64,000 nt of DNA. It comes from Patescibacteria group bacterium (GTDB taxonomy: Bacteria; Patescibacteriota; Microgenomatia; UBA8517). Where the stretch lies: positions 1,478 to 65,477 of the forward strand of contig JALHYA010000002.1 in the NCBI GenBank assembly GCA_022868165.1, written 5' to 3'. Under the pieces are notes generated by a model. The model had not been told where the DNA came from and did not search any database. It saw only the letters and a list, made by a program, of their open reading frames with translations. This document shows positions 45,201 through 54,603 of the stretch, piece after piece. A program made the position numbers and the translations under genes. The first letter of the stretch is position 1. Each line of letters starts with the position of its first letter.

Positions 45201-47528
45201 GCCTGCCGCTGACTGAATCCCTATGCTTGTTAATTTGCCAGCCAGTGGTGAAATAACTCTTCCAGCAGCTCCTCCGGCACCCGGCGCAGCCAGCAGAGCT
45301 ATTTGAGCTACTCCAACTCCCCATTCCATAGCAGTTATATCTTTCGGAGATATCTCAGGATATGTCATCTTGCCTGGCGTCCACAAAGTTGCTATTATTC
45401 CAGCACCAACAGCTAATTGCGATTGCCTTGTGCCATAAAGTTGTTCATACTTGAAAGCTGCCAAGTCTCTCATATTAGCTTTATCTAAATCCTTATGGAG
45501 AAACGCATGTACATCACCAATTCCTCTAGCAGCAGCATATTCAGCAGTAAAAGCATCTAAGGACAAGGATGGTTGTACACTCTTTCTGACAGCCTCTGCT
45601 CTCATTCCATTGACAGTTTGGAATAACTCTGCTGCCAACTGGGGGTATTGCTTGATAAATATGTCATGTTCTTGCCTAGCCTCATAACTAACTGCCGGAT
45701 AGAGTAGATGACTGAAAATTGGAAATTCACCCTTGGTCTCTCTTTGTATCTTATTCCAGACTGCTTCAACTTTGTTTTCCTCAGCAAACGGTTGTTTGTT
45801 GAACTCAACAGCATTGTCAATATCAACCTTTTTAAAACCAGCAAGCACAAGTTCACTTGCCAACTCTGGCTTATTCCCATTATCTCTTAGAAAAGAAGCG
45901 ACATCATAACCATCTTTGCTCTTGTAACTGACAAGCCTAGATTGGACTTCACCTTGCAAAGAGTTTAGTGCCACAATACCTTTCTCTTGCAAAAATTGCT
46001 GCACTTCAGGAGTTGATTTATTGAAATCCACCCTGGGCATATTTTCGCCAGTCGCTCCGAGCGTGATATACTTCGTTTTGAAAGCATACATATAGGCATC
46101 ATATCCATGTTCCGATAAAATCCCCGCCAATATAGAATCACTTTTTGTTAGTTCAGCTAAGGAATCTTTATCAACAAGCTCGCCTGTCTTTTTTATTGTT
46201 ATATAAATAGCTTTTAGCCCATCATTTACTGCCAATTTCTGCTTCTCAGTAGACAAGTTATCAAAAGTATTCTTTGGCAATAAGTCACCATTTTTCATTT
46301 GCACAGCAGAGATATTTGAGCCATCCGCAGTTTGTGCAATAGTTAATTTAGCACCAAGTTTTTCATATTGTGCTGATTGCTGAGCTATTTGAGGTACTAA
46401 GACTCTATATTCTTCTCTAGCCTTCAGCTTTTCTGTTATCGTTTCCCTTGGCATAGACTGGATAGCCTTAGTTTCAGCTTCATATTTTACTTTATCAGTA
46501 GGAGATAGTTCTGCAATAGCCTTCGCTGTTAATTTCTGACCTACAAGTTCACTTGCACCCTTATATTCAATGACATTGCCGCCAAGCTTTTGCACAGCCA
46601 AGGCTTCAGGAGTTATGCCCCATGTGCCACCAAGAACTGAAGATGTCCCTATGTAAACAGCTTCTACCCCTTTCATTTCTGGTAAACTTATAGGATTAAA
46701 GGTACTCACACTCTTTGGCCATTCTCCGGCTATTGCTGTTGGTGGAGAAATCGTTTTTTGCGTGCTATCAGGCCACTTGCCACCTATCCAAATCCTATTG
46801 CCTCCCGCATCAATCCCAATGTTTGGGTCAGCGGTTTTGGCAAATATCTCGTCCCTGCCCATATTGCTAAAATTAGTAATTATGATTAAGTCTTTTGAGC
46901 CGCCATAAGCTGTTTTCAGCCAAGATTGGAAACTGTCGGCACCACGAGCCTGCACTTCACTCTGCCAAGCAACAGGCAACTTATCATAATCCGTTTTGGC
47001 AATCCATGAACCATCATTTAGTTGAATGTTTTGAGATTTGAAAGTTTCAAACTCTGCCGTTTTCTTCTTGTTGAATTCCTCAATGCCTATGCTAGACAGC
47101 AAGGTTTTGTCATCAGCACTCAATGAATCGTAAAGCGTTTTAGTTACCCAACTGCCATCTTTCAGTTGAATATTGTTTGCCTTAAAATCAGTTTCCTTCT
47201 GGGCATAAAAGTTGTTGAAACCCTGTATGCCAAGTTGCCTCAGCCGAGCTTGATCGTCTTCACTCAGTTTGTAAAAAGTTTCCTTATTCACCCACGATCC
47301 ATCAGACAACTGCACATTATCCGCCATCATAGCCGGTGTCTGCTGAGCACTTGATGGAGCAGCCTGACTAATCGCAGCAGGAGCCTTCACGCCAAGTCCA
47401 GCAACCCTTTGCCTTTCCGCTAAAGCAGCGACATTTCTAGCAGCCTGTAACCTGCTTTGCAGTTGGACTTCAGTTTCAGCCATTATTGTTCGCCGCTCCT
47501 CATATTGCCCAATCCTATGATGATGCAA
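42261..47528 (-). CDS. Giant 1755-aa coiled-coil/repeat protein. Tape-measure-like or large surface/scaffold protein.
   Basis: Size, extensive predicted coiled coil, N-terminal triplicated ~37-aa motif. No enzymatic motifs recognised. Confidence 0.7.
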   Translation of the reverse strand: MHHHRIGQYEERRTIMAETEVQLQSRLQAARNVAALAERQRVAGLGVKAPAAISQAAPSSAQQTPAMMADNVQLSDGSWVNKETFYKLSEDDQARLRQLGIQGFNNFYAQKETDFKANNIQLKDGSWVTKTLYDSLSADDKTLLSSIGIEEFNKKKTAEFETFKSQNIQLNDGSWIAKTDYDKLPVAWQSEVQARGADSFQSWLKTAYGGSKDLIIITNFSNMGRDEIFAKTADPNIGIDAGGNRIWIGGKWPDSTQKTISPPTAIAGEWPKSVSTFNPISLPEMKGVEAVYIGTSSVLGGTWGITPEALAVQKLGGNVIEYKGASELVGQKLTAKAIAELSPTDKVKYEAETKAIQSMPRETITEKLKAREEYRVLVPQIAQQSAQYEKLGAKLTIAQTADGSNISAVQMKNGDLLPKNTFDNLSTEKQKLAVNDGLKAIYITIKKTGELVDKDSLAELTKSDSILAGILSEHGYDAYMYAFKTKYITLGATGENMPRVDFNKSTPEVQQFLQEKGIVALNSLQGEVQSRLVSYKSKDGYDVASFLRDNGNKPELASELVLAGFKKVDIDNAVEFNKQPFAEENKVEAVWNKIQRETKGEFPIFSHLLYPAVSYEARQEHDIFIKQYPQLAAELFQTVNGMRAEAVRKSVQPSLSLDAFTAEYAAARGIGDVHAFLHKDLDKANMRDLAAFKYEQLYGTRQSQLAVGAGIIATLWTPGKMTYPEISPKDITAMEWGVGVAQIALLAAPGAGGAAGRVISPLAGKLTSIGIQSAAGVVFTAETVKSANDVMTKWDTMTIAEQDEAKKNIAISALMDAWVISGVLSGLKGIRSLPAKAQAKVEIPKTAKMPSVAIKQIANTQELGILRSKAMPVAEGYTRVYRGEPSPGRSYMTGGKTAAELAGAEKKVSGRWYSADIGEAKAYTAGKGESVLYFVDIPTKELPKFKPTGEAATWAPAEAEHYVLSGRYLKKALVHPDSISLKSLQAKLDKLVTVSPEEAAILRANVPQAVAFESVKGKVAVGVGRLEAEKLLKLAKESGAAYDDMKVSLTKLEKIPLKSNSYARLANDVQKAIQKSRVTDKALFNKLQILQDITPKELGQLEKLSKLIGRTKMEELEFQRLSKLDKISVQKISESSMSAKTLSRVKQLQGITNKTPAEIIELKGLTEKVSEKLTTSQLQRLKELGGKLSIGQGIKDINQSISGVNKAWNVVDKTKVNTPQRLQALKNLDDAKTKLNATLENWNDNISKPRYRTTAAPSSVEVINTIEKRLEMAKRQRSIAEREYSNPVTSSGEKEIIRDDLRSLNSDIGDLESKMAEYTKLMNKGQPLPADATTYYKMGFGKAEPYWGKTPKSKLEPKEPISPASPIVKTVKEKAIDLKTGKEIEITRETIEQRPRPVAVAERPVVAEQLTFDLELEPNYKIKEKPSVPEGATKVPKVISDSESTYKVTNHIAIQPKVTLETRSVFPGMKEPKFGTSGKLIFTTSPWLPEKPIEMPEIPGVFMPKIVTTVSRPLTGLEKELQAGLQAVTEAAIKAYNETLVDAMTSSRVSTAGLTKTQLNLATITATNAELQAKIEAATRAAIQTQLKTLANPKVKTLIETKYQQKIITKLATPIKPRLPVPIIIIPGAGGKGTIELTEKQKQGIVAWKQGFIFWLKWPDKNGHYPEKNTYYSRSPIEGVEYVKGIGSVAKSIIAKYGRIPEDIKFSMGIQDVDISKTPAGKKPEIEFELAHKYKKHHIKHKAQIEPMPSLRGAR

Positions 47529-47761
47529 ACTGCAGCTCCGCCATAGAGCAGATACGGCAGATTATGCACAATGATATGGTCAAAGGAATTATAGTTAGGT
47601 ACTGTGCTATTATCGCTGGCGATATAGCCTGTAGTATTGTCCGTCAAGGGTTTTACCATAAGGGTATCTATGCTTGTATAAGCATCAAACACACCTGAGA
47701 ACATCATCAGTAGCCCTAACCCTGTCAAGACCGCTCCCAATATCAATAATCCTTTTCCCAT
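47483..47761 (-). CDS. Small membrane protein
   Basis: ORF track 92 aa, 2 TM. Confidence 0.5.
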   Translation of the reverse strand: MGKGLLILGAVLTGLGLLMMFSGVFDAYTSIDTLMVKPLTDNTTGYIASDNSTVPNYNSFDHIIVHNLPYLLYGGAAVCIIIGLGNMRSGEQ

Positions 47762-47772
47762 ATCTCACCCCG

Positions 47773-48132
47773 CTATTGCCCAAGCAACATAGTTCTAACC
47801 TTCCATATTATATCAATTAAGAAATACAGACTAGCTATGCTAAACACAATGCATATAGCACGGAGTATAACTAGCCAGCCTGTAAATATGCCATAGTCAA
47901 AGCTAAGAGCTTTCCATATATCCTTTACCACGTTCCATACCATCGTAACACCACTAGCACTCGCCAAGCCGGGGTCGCTCAAACCTCCTGTACCTTCAAC
48001 AGCAGGGTCGCCTAGAGCAGCTGACATACTGGCAGGCATCAAAGCTGGCTGTGCTGGTTCAAGCGCATTGCACCACATAGTTGCCCCTATCCAGAAAACC
48101 AAGACAAAGAAAAGCCATTTCGGAGTGTTCAT
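47773..48132 (-). CDS. Small membrane protein
   Basis: ORF track 119 aa, 2-3 TM. Confidence 0.5.
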   Translation of the reverse strand: MNTPKWLFFVLVFWIGATMWCNALEPAQPALMPASMSAALGDPAVEGTGGLSDPGLASASGVTMVWNVVKDIWKALSFDYGIFTGWLVILRAICIVFSIASLYFLIDIIWKVRTMLLGQ

Positions 48133-48133
48133 T

Positions 48134-49966
48134 TTACACTATACTCCTGATTCTGTAAATGCCATAGCCGATACCAACCAATGAGACAAATATCGGTACA
48201 AGCACCGGTATATGCAATGTAGGATAGGCTACCCAACTAGCAAATACACAGATTATCACAATAGCCTCTATACTATGCGTCCACTTGTAAATGGCATAAG
48301 ACAAACCAGCCAAGATTATTAGTAGGAAGATGTATGTAAGGCTGCCCATCGGTATTCCGGTTGAAGTAGAACCTCCTCTGATAAACACAAACAGGGGTAT
48401 ATTGTTTTCCAATGCAGCAGATACGCTTGGTGTCTGCGTCATACTACTAGGATTGCTTATTGCCGTGCCAGTAGTACCTATTGCAGAGCCAGCCGCAAGC
48501 GTTGTAGCATGTATTATGGTGTAATTATCGCTATATAATAATACTGGGTCATAACCTACTAAAAGATAGCAATAATCAATTCCGCTTGTCAGCCCAACAT
48601 GTGTGAAAGTGGAGCCGGTGGCAACATATATCAGGGCACCATCTGTTTCATCAGCTGGACAAGCATTGGCTCTGAATCTTATATAAGTATTGGGAGCACC
48701 GACACCCTTTACCCACGACAGTACAACATTGTCGTAGCCAGGTATAGCAGTGACATTGCTTGGGCTGCCCACACTTGACCCTGTTACAAATGATTTGCTT
48801 GTACCATTATCAGAACCGCAGACATTTTGAGCTTGCACATTGAAGTAAGTCGTGTTGTCAGAAACCAAATTATCAACATCAAGATATGGACTTTGACCTA
48901 TGGTATAAGCACCTGCAAAAGCCGAAGGTGAACCTACTCCGTTATAGGCATCTATGTCAGTACCTTTGTCTATTGACCCCCAGCCGAACCTGACTTGGCA
49001 GGTAGTTCCACCATCATCAACAAGATAAGACTGCAATCTAGCCGAAGATACGGTTTTATCAGTTGCATCAGCAGTTGCTATTACAGGGTCTTTCCAAGTG
49101 GTAAAACTTTTAGTAGTCCCCCAGCTTGTTCCTTCGGAATTTGTTGCGCTTGCACTGAAATACATCAGAGTGCCAGGGACTAAGCCAGTAACATCATGAT
49201 AAAATGCTGCTATGCCCTGAGTTGGCGTGCCAGGAGAAGTGATATTGTCCCCAGTAACACTATTGTCCCAACTTCCGGGTGTCGTCACGCCGTCATTATC
49301 ACCCCAATAAACAGTCACCGCAGGATCTACACCACCAGTGACCGTAATATTGCCATTCAAGGTCGCACTAGTACAAGCGAAAGGATTTGCTGTGCTTGTA
49401 GTTACTGTAGGTGCCGACAAAGGAGTATAATTAACGGTAATTTTAAGATAAGAAATGTGGACAGTAGAAGAACCGTCAGGAATAATGCTTTTTATTCCCC
49501 ACTCTGCATTATTCAAATCTGCTGTAGACCAGCCTGTTGTGGAAAAAGTGTATGTGCTTGTTTGATATACATACGTATTACTATATAGTATTGTGCCATA
49601 ATAGTTTGCGCCACCTATTCTGTAATAAGGAGTCGTTGAAGTACTTGCATTGCCTCCTCCATACCAAACCCTCGTCAAAGTTACACTATCTATTGACTGT
49701 GCAGGTTCTGCAAAATCAACCATATTGTAGCAATGATACCAGACACCATAATTATTAGTAATTAAATAACTTGTATCGCCATCATCTGAATTTAGATTAG
49801 TATAATCTCCGCCTGGCAAATAACCGCCATCCGTCTGCCCGCCTTCACCCGTAATATTTTCACTTATTGAATCAGCATACACAGGCTGTACAAAAGGTTG
49901 CACAAAAGGCAATGTCAAGCCTACCAGAAACAACAACAAAACCAGAGAATAAAATATCTTTTTCAT
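48134..49966 (-). CDS. Exported Thr/Ser/Gly-rich surface protein (611 aa) with multiple C-terminal TM helices
   Basis: ORF track 48134-50173. Start moved to MKKIFYSLVLLLF (signal peptide), which gives an ATGA overlap with the upstream stop. Confidence 0.65.
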   Translation of the reverse strand: MKKIFYSLVLLLFLVGLTLPFVQPFVQPVYADSISENITGEGGQTDGGYLPGGDYTNLNSDDGDTSYLITNNYGVWYHCYNMVDFAEPAQSIDSVTLTRVWYGGGNASTSTTPYYRIGGANYYGTILYSNTYVYQTSTYTFSTTGWSTADLNNAEWGIKSIIPDGSSTVHISYLKITVNYTPLSAPTVTTSTANPFACTSATLNGNITVTGGVDPAVTVYWGDNDGVTTPGSWDNSVTGDNITSPGTPTQGIAAFYHDVTGLVPGTLMYFSASATNSEGTSWGTTKSFTTWKDPVIATADATDKTVSSARLQSYLVDDGGTTCQVRFGWGSIDKGTDIDAYNGVGSPSAFAGAYTIGQSPYLDVDNLVSDNTTYFNVQAQNVCGSDNGTSKSFVTGSSVGSPSNVTAIPGYDNVVLSWVKGVGAPNTYIRFRANACPADETDGALIYVATGSTFTHVGLTSGIDYCYLLVGYDPVLLYSDNYTIIHATTLAAGSAIGTTGTAISNPSSMTQTPSVSAALENNIPLFVFIRGGSTSTGIPMGSLTYIFLLIILAGLSYAIYKWTHSIEAIVIICVFASWVAYPTLHIPVLVPIFVSLVGIGYGIYRIRSIV

Positions 49967-52722
49967 GATGATTGAAACAGCATCTTTGCCAACCACAGAA
50001 CTACTAACATTAAAAATACAAAACCTATTGCACCTATTATTGCTATTGGTATACCTCCAAAGACAAAGCCGGCACCACCGGCAAAAAACAGCCCTATGAT
50101 AAGCCCTGCTATGCCATGCCCTACACCAACGCAACCTATACCTATAAACAAAGCCAATCCCAAAAGCACCCAACCTATAATTGTTTCAGCGTCAACACCA
50201 ACTAGATTGGCTGCCTCCATAACTCTACCATAGGCATCCACCCCAAGTGCTGCAGCCGGGTCTGGAACAAGCAAGGTGTGTGAAGTTACACCCGGCTTGG
50301 CAATACCAAACGAGGTATAAAATAAATTAGGTCTGACTATTTCCAAGCCCGGAATGCCACGCATAAATATTATACTACCGGCCTCGTTAAGAACCTTGAC
50401 TGTTTGCCCAGCAGAACTAATTAAATAAGCAGTACTGTAATACGTTTCGTATGTTGAAGCCAATGTTCTGGCATAACTGTCAAGATACAGCAAACTGCCA
50501 GCACTCCAATCGGCAGGAACTAGTGCATACTCAGAAAGAACATCATTATTGAACAATGCCTGAATCCTGATTTTACAAGTGGTATCCCCCCATGACAAGG
50601 CACTTGCTGTACCTGCGTTCAGGTAGATTGCCAATGGTTGCCTTCCCCAAGCCCTAAAATTAGTGGCACCTTTTGTTATATTGTCGCTTATAAGTTGCAG
50701 TTGGAAATACAATTGTGAATCATTGTCAGGATAATAAGGTACATAGATATTATTCACATCAGCCACTATCAGCCAATCATCAGCTTGTTTATAGCCAGTG
50801 AAAACCTTCGTGCTTAGCACTTCTATACAGGGGTTGCCCCATATCTCAAACAAGGCGTCTTTTGAAGCATCTGCTACGAATATCAATCCACCATCGGTTG
50901 ATGTGCCATATATTGCATCAGCCAATCCTCCTCCGTTGTCAACACCCCAAAGTATATAGTTTGATGCATCACCAGTCTTAGCAGCAATTACTATAGCGTA
51001 TTGCTGCCCACCTTCAAGATTCACATTGATAGGCAGGCCTGCCGCATCTGTATCAAAATGATACATCGTATAACCTGTCGAAATAGCATTGCCATCAAAG
51101 GTTGTAACTACTAGGTCATTACCCGTAGGCTTTCCGCCTGCAGCGTGTTTCAATGAAAGTGTTACCGTGCCTACCAAAGGAGTTGCGGCACTAACACGCT
51201 TGATATAAACATTTATACTTGTTACCGTATGCGAAATATTATCAGAAGTCAGAGGATTGGTAACTGTAAATTGCTGATACCCCCAAGTATTGCCATAGAT
51301 AGCAGCACTGTTATTATCAGACCCACTATCCAAATATTCATATCTGGCTGGCGAACCTTTGGTGCTGAAAACTGCATCGACACCATTGCCTTGGGCACCA
51401 TTCAAGGCTATAGCTCTGTAGTGATAGACCGTAGCCGGTGATAAGCCAGTCAGGTTAGCCCAGTAATTTATGCCCAAAGTAGGTGTAGCTGTAACCAAGT
51501 ATTGAATGCCATAGGATGTAGTCAACCCATATTCAAAGCCATATTGTGTAGGCACGGCAGCACCGTTTGCTGTCACCATGCCATTAAGCACTGCAGTACT
51601 GTCTGTAAAGCCTGAGCATACCCCAGTTACAACTGTTGGTGGTACGAAAGGAGGAGGAACAGACTCTTCACTTCCAAAGCTCCCCCATGTTGGTTCGGTA
51701 GCCGTATAAGCACGAACTAATACCCAGTCAACCTGAATTTGTGTAGGTACAGAATTTTTATAAGTACCTATTACAAGTGGCAAATCAACAGTAGGCGGAT
51801 GTGTGTTATGGGTAACAATAGATGTGCCATTGGCGTAAAAGTATTGAGCACTTGTACTTTTAATATAAAAGATATCGTATATATCCCAACCATTTCTAGT
51901 AATAAGGTTTTGAGTAGTAGTCTCTTGATGTGCTCCGTCTCTTGTTATAACATCATCGGCACCCTCCATTTCAAAACGTGCTGATGCTACAGTTGCATTT
52001 AAGTCTTCTCCGTAGCCCATAGCTGTATATTTACCACCACCAGGTTCCAATATTGCTTTCGCCCTAAGTGCAGATGTGCCATAATTCGTTACTCCGTTTA
52101 TCTGCTCATAAGCTGCATCAACGCCAGTAACAGTTACAATTGAACTGGCAACAACTACAGTTGGACTTCCCACCTGTTCCCAAGTTGGATAGGCAACTAG
52201 GAAAGCTGCGAGATTAGCAGCATCAGCATCAAAATGGTTAAAGAATGAGAAGGTATTTGCCCCACTACTTACTGCTGGTGCAGCAGCATTGCCATAATAT
52301 AAATAGATAGTAGTGTCGGCAGCACCCGCCAACAAAGGTACTTCAACCCAGACTATTGCACTAACTCCATCCGTTTTGTTTTCAATCCAGTAATCAAGTA
52401 ATGTATTCTCCGCCGAATTAGTAAATCTTACATCGTCAAAGTCAGCAACAGAGGCGTTGGGCATATGAATAATAGCCGTTGCTTGCGCCCCTGTAACATC
52501 GTCAATATCAGCTCCACCGTAGTGAAGCGTTATTTTCATCGGATAATTAACAGCACCCAAATCGTCTGTTTGGTCTACTACTTTTTGCTTCTTATATGCC
52601 CAATCTGTATCATACCAGGCAGCTTCTGCTCTTTGCGGGAATAATGAAACAACTAGGCTAGCAATAAGGAATACCGCCAAAAGAATTGGCAATCTCTTTG
52701 TTATGTTCCTAATTAAATTCAA
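49963..52722 (-). CDS. Exported 919-aa Thr/Gly-rich surface protein with C-terminal multi-TM anchor
   Basis: Signal peptide MNLIRNITKRLPILLAVFLIASLVVSLFPQRAEA. Gly-rich C-terminal TM helices. Confidence 0.7.
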   Translation of the reverse strand: MNLIRNITKRLPILLAVFLIASLVVSLFPQRAEAAWYDTDWAYKKQKVVDQTDDLGAVNYPMKITLHYGGADIDDVTGAQATAIIHMPNASVADFDDVRFTNSAENTLLDYWIENKTDGVSAIVWVEVPLLAGAADTTIYLYYGNAAAPAVSSGANTFSFFNHFDADAANLAAFLVAYPTWEQVGSPTVVVASSIVTVTGVDAAYEQINGVTNYGTSALRAKAILEPGGGKYTAMGYGEDLNATVASARFEMEGADDVITRDGAHQETTTQNLITRNGWDIYDIFYIKSTSAQYFYANGTSIVTHNTHPPTVDLPLVIGTYKNSVPTQIQVDWVLVRAYTATEPTWGSFGSEESVPPPFVPPTVVTGVCSGFTDSTAVLNGMVTANGAAVPTQYGFEYGLTTSYGIQYLVTATPTLGINYWANLTGLSPATVYHYRAIALNGAQGNGVDAVFSTKGSPARYEYLDSGSDNNSAAIYGNTWGYQQFTVTNPLTSDNISHTVTSINVYIKRVSAATPLVGTVTLSLKHAAGGKPTGNDLVVTTFDGNAISTGYTMYHFDTDAAGLPINVNLEGGQQYAIVIAAKTGDASNYILWGVDNGGGLADAIYGTSTDGGLIFVADASKDALFEIWGNPCIEVLSTKVFTGYKQADDWLIVADVNNIYVPYYPDNDSQLYFQLQLISDNITKGATNFRAWGRQPLAIYLNAGTASALSWGDTTCKIRIQALFNNDVLSEYALVPADWSAGSLLYLDSYARTLASTYETYYSTAYLISSAGQTVKVLNEAGSIIFMRGIPGLEIVRPNLFYTSFGIAKPGVTSHTLLVPDPAAALGVDAYGRVMEAANLVGVDAETIIGWVLLGLALFIGIGCVGVGHGIAGLIIGLFFAGGAGFVFGGIPIAIIGAIGFVFLMLVVLWLAKMLFQSS

Positions 52723-52808
52723 TTTTCAGTTTCCTTTTTTTAGATGAAGAGCCCAGCCTCTTATAAAGGCCGGGCTCTCCCGATTGCACCACGTTCCGGC
52801 AGCTAGCT

Positions 52809-53003
52809 CTACAGCATGCTTCCGCCCTTGCGCATGGCCTTGATAAACGCCCAGATGACCAAGAGAACACCAAGACCCACTACCAATGCAAGTAGTGGCG
52901 TTGCCCACGTTGGCAACAGATCGGTGTTTACGGTGGCGATGAACCCAGCCAAGAAGCCGCATATCAGGACTAGCCCGACTACTAACTCTAGAATCGCATC
53001 CAT
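52809..53003 (-). CDS. Small two-TM membrane protein (64 aa) in a locally GC-rich segment
   Basis: ORF track. Competing frames at 52726-53049 (-) and 52816-53085 (+). The hydrophobic frame is preferred. Confidence 0.4.
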   Translation of the reverse strand: MDAILELVVGLVLICGFLAGFIATVNTDLLPTWATPLLALVVGLGVLLVIWAFIKAMRKGGSML

Positions 53004-53079
53004 TTACTTTTACCCTCCCGCACCAAATCAGTGCTGTTTGCCTTTGCAAGTGAGAGGTATAATGAAAACTCGTTGTTTA

Positions 53080-53838
53080 TCATAATGCCTTTATCCCTAA
53101 AGTCCAAGTGACAACATTAGTTGTCCGAACATCAAAATTCAGCCAGATACTTTTGCTCGTACCGCTATTCAAGGAAAACTCAGGAGTAATCCAATATAAT
53201 TTAGACAGCAAAGTTGAAACATCCGAATTAGATTGAACTGCCCCTGTTTGATTATCTGCTGTAAAACCAGACAACGTACTCTTTACACATCTGTGAGTTG
53301 CATTCAAGTCTAAAGTTGCAAATGTCGATGGGCTTAAAGGTATCAGGGAAATTAAAAGAGAAGGCGTCGCTGAGGCACCTGTGTTGTTTACCACTACAAC
53401 TGAAACATCTTTGTTGCCAGTCTCTGATGCCATGCTGATAATTTGATTGCGGTCTAAGGTAACTGAATATCCCCCACTAGTCGCCGTAGTGCCTCCTGCT
53501 GTCGTTGTCGAAGTTGTTGCTGTAGCAACTACCGGATGAGCAACAAGATAAGCTGCAATGGCTGCATTTAAATCAGATGTTTTTACATAGCCAGTAAGCG
53601 AGCTATTTATCGCTGCCTGAACATCTGCCTGGCTTACGCCGGATTTGCCAGCAATGGTATTTATACTCTGCCCTTGTGCAGTGATTTGCCCTTGCAATCC
53701 TGCTATATCAGATTTATAAGCGATGCCATCTGCGGGAGCCGCCGGAGTTGCTGTTTGCGGTACACAAGCTATCGTAACCATCAAAAGAACGAGTAATAGC
53801 ACTATGCCCATTGAAAGAGCAAATACATGCCTTTTCAT
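53080..53838 (-). CDS. Secreted or lipoprotein-like Thr/Ala-rich protein
   Basis: Signal peptide ...LLMVTIACVPQ. GGAGG SD. Confidence 0.6.
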   Translation of the reverse strand: MKRHVFALSMGIVLLLVLLMVTIACVPQTATPAAPADGIAYKSDIAGLQGQITAQGQSINTIAGKSGVSQADVQAAINSSLTGYVKTSDLNAAIAAYLVAHPVVATATTSTTTAGGTTATSGGYSVTLDRNQIISMASETGNKDVSVVVVNNTGASATPSLLISLIPLSPSTFATLDLNATHRCVKSTLSGFTADNQTGAVQSNSDVSTLLSKLYWITPEFSLNSGTSKSIWLNFDVRTTNVVTWTLGIKAL

Positions 53839-53942
53839 CGTACTGCCTCCTTGTTTATTTTATTCGCCTAGCCTAAAAATAATTATAATCTACTTTAAAT
53901 AGTAGACTATAAAAGTGCGTTTGTCAAATACACTACCTGAGA

Positions 53943-54371
53943 TTAGCCCTGCTTTTGCCAGAAGAACACATAACCATGCGAGTAGGAATACCATAAATAG
54001 ACCCCTACTAATGCCAATATAACCAGTATCACCAAAACCAGATAAACCTTACGTCCTGATGACTTCTTCTTGACCTGCTTTTCCTTTTTCTGCTGCAATC
54101 TTTCACTGTTCTGCTGCAATCTTTCCCTTTCGGTCTGTTCCCAGATTGCTGTGGCTTTCTCTAATTTATGCTCTGGCTCGCCACCGGTCTCTGCCTTCGG
54201 CTTCGAATTCTGTGGCTGGCTGATTAAAAAATCGAGTTGCTCTTTGATAAAATTGATACCCTGAATGATAGCGGTGTATTGAGTTATTAACATTGGCTCG
54301 TTAATGGCCGGCGACGTTTCCTTTTGCTGTTTGATTTTCAGTATTCTCGGTTTGTCTGATTGTTCTAACAT
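53943..54371 (-). CDS. Protein with C-terminal TM anchor and ERLQQ coiled-coil repeats
   Basis: ORF track 142 aa. DNA direct repeat TCTGCTGCAATCTTTC twice at ~54075-54125. Confidence 0.5.
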   Translation of the reverse strand: MLEQSDKPRILKIKQQKETSPAINEPMLITQYTAIIQGINFIKEQLDFLISQPQNSKPKAETGGEPEHKLEKATAIWEQTERERLQQNSERLQQKKEKQVKKKSSGRKVYLVLVILVILALVGVYLWYSYSHGYVFFWQKQG

Positions 54372-54381
54372 TTATTTTCTC

Positions 54382-54603
54382 CTATTCCAATTTTCGCTGT
54401 GCTCTTACTTCTCTCTGGTAATCCGTTTGCTCGTTAAAGGTGCAATCCGGCTCTGTGCAATCCTCGCACAAAACAACTGAAACCGGGCAACTTTTGGGCT
54501 TTGTGGTATTGTAGTTGTGGTCACCTCGATGCCTCTTGTATGGGTTGCAAGGCAAGGCACAACCTATGCTGCCAAAGGTGTTTATCCGGTCTCTAAGATT
54601 CAC
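54382..54603 (-). CDS. Small Cys-rich protein
   Basis: ORF track 73 aa. Confidence 0.45.
   Translation of the reverse strand: MNLRDRINTFGSIGCALPCNPYKRHRGDHNYNTTKPKSCPVSVVLCEDCTEPDCTFNEQTDYQREVRAQRKLE

Noticed and set aside
43448-45890. Multiple 60-114 aa ORFs on both strands inside the 1755-aa gene
   Set aside because: Nested within a long uninterrupted ORF whose coding character is consistent. These are typical antisense or alternate-frame artefacts.
52749-52781. GC hairpin GAGCCCAGCC-loop-GGCCGGGCTC as intrinsic terminator
   Set aside because: No U-run follows it on either transcript strand. The T-run precedes it on + and becomes an A-run after it on -. More likely a leader structure than a rho-independent terminator.
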